DNA of 64,000 bases from NCBI GenBank assembly GCA_013239625.1, contig MU056000.1, forward strand, positions 558,001 through 622,000, read 5' to 3'. Made by a program: the position numbers and the translations under genes. Below the pieces are notes generated by a model. That model ran no database searches and had not been told where the DNA came from. It saw only the letters and a list, made by a program, of their open reading frames with translations. This stretch comes from Lama guanicoe. Its lineage: Eukaryota. This document shows positions 62,790-64,000 of the stretch, piece by piece (within the stretch, counting starts at the first letter, position 1; the number at the start of each line of letters is the position of its first letter).

Positions 62790-63151
62790 CTCAGAGGGGG
62801 CCCTCTTTGGATGCAGGGCCATGCAGATGCAAGGCCAGGGCTTGGGGACTCTGGGGCCCTGACCCAACACAGTGGGTGGCTTTAAAAGGAGATGTGGAGT
62901 CACCGGAGAAACACGGGGCAGGAGGTCAAGTGTCCGCAGAGGCTGGGGGTGGAGGGATGCAGCCACAAGCCAGAGGTGCCTGGAGCCATGCGGGGCTGGA
63001 GGAGGGGCAGGAGGAGGGAGGCAGGAAGACCCTCCCCCGGGCCTCCGCTTGATTCAGGAGTTGTAGCTTCCAGACTGAGAGGATGTGTTTATATTGTTTC
63101 AAACTACCAGTTTGTGGTCATTTGTTACGGTAGTTTTAAGAACTTGATACA
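62790..63151 (+). mobile_element. MaLR LTR (MLT1-like), degraded
   Basis: GATGCAGCCACAAGCCA and the terminal CCAGTTTGTGGTCATTTGTTACGGTAG...GATACA match MLT1 hallmarks. Confidence 0.75.
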
Positions 63152-64000
63152 CATAGTAAGAAGAGATCATGGAATCACCTCCAGGGTCCCCCGCAGCGGG
63201 AAGGGGTGGCCTCCAGACGCCTGCATCCCAAGCGTCACTGGCCTCAATCAGGGGCCGGGCTAGGGTCTCCAAAGCCGCCGCAGAACAGGCGCGGGAGCGC
63301 CCAGGGGCCACGATCTCGGGAAAAGTCTCCGCGTCGGCTCCAGTGGGCTGCGACCCGCGAGGTTGCACAGGAAGGAAATAAAAGATTTCGGCTGAGATTA
63401 CACTCGAAAACACCAGGGAGCCCGGCTTCCAAGCGCGGCATTACTCTTCTGCCCCCAAAACCAGGAGATTCAAAAGGAGAAGACGTCCGGCTGTCGGCGG
63501 TCGTCAGAGGCTGGGAAGCAGTGCCGCTCACTGTCACCGACTCCTGGCTGGGAGCCCAGGGGCAAGGTCAGCTCATGTGGGGGGGCGTCCGCGCCAGGGC
63601 AGCCCGGGCTCACATCTCCACGTCCCCTAGCAGAGAGAGTTAAAAACCCAAGGAGCTTTTGATGGCACCTCCACAATTTCACTTCTGGGCGTGTTTCAGA
63701 AGGTGGGCTGAAAAGTCACCTAACACTGTGCTTGTGTGGTTCACAGGAGTCTCGTCTGGTGCCTTCTGCAGCCGCATCAAGGTGGCCGACTGGCAGCTCC
63801 AGAGCCTTCAGAACCTTCCGGAGACCACAGCACTTGACCAGGTGACCGGCGGGGCCCCCAGGGGAGGCTGGCTAGAAGGAGGTGCCCCCGCGGCAAGTGT
63901 CCCGGGTGGGCAGGCCAGTCTGAAGAGCCTCTGCGGGGTCAGGGGAAACTTGATGGGGGCCCTGAGCCCTGACACATGGGAGGACCCCCCCCATATGGGC

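Overview
GC-rich mammalian genomic DNA, probably laurasiatherian/cetartiodactyl (weak inference from one LTR), syntenic with the human 5p15.33 NKD2-SLC12A7 block. It holds two convergent intron-containing genes. On the + strand are the last seven coding exons (4-10) of NKD2, a Wnt/Dishevelled antagonist (5496..9887; polyA signal ~10850). On the - strand is the complete SLC12A7/KCC4 K-Cl cotransporter: 24 coding exons from 55517 to 17186, 3252 nt = 1083 aa, with a CpG-island promoter and polyA signal ~15580. I traced every exon boundary by hand. The most notable observations are: (1) a 211-bp, 210/211-identical tandem duplication of the 3' part of SLC12A7 exon 3 plus its donor, which could yield an extra in-frame 78-nt exon repeating the N-terminal autoinhibitory peptide, or could be an assembly artefact; (2) a hidden 15-nt microexon (EWGNL) in SLC12A7 intron 22; (3) two U12-type introns; (4) a degenerate NKD2 EF-hand loop with systematically GC-ward substitutions; (5) a 42-bp VNTR with higher-order structure. 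Also present are old LTR, L1, L2 and MIR fragments and a 166-N gap. There are no prokaryotic systems, CRISPR arrays or recognisable RNA genes, and most ORF-track entries are GC-content noise. Orthologue and repeat-consensus comparisons are from memory, not from searches.
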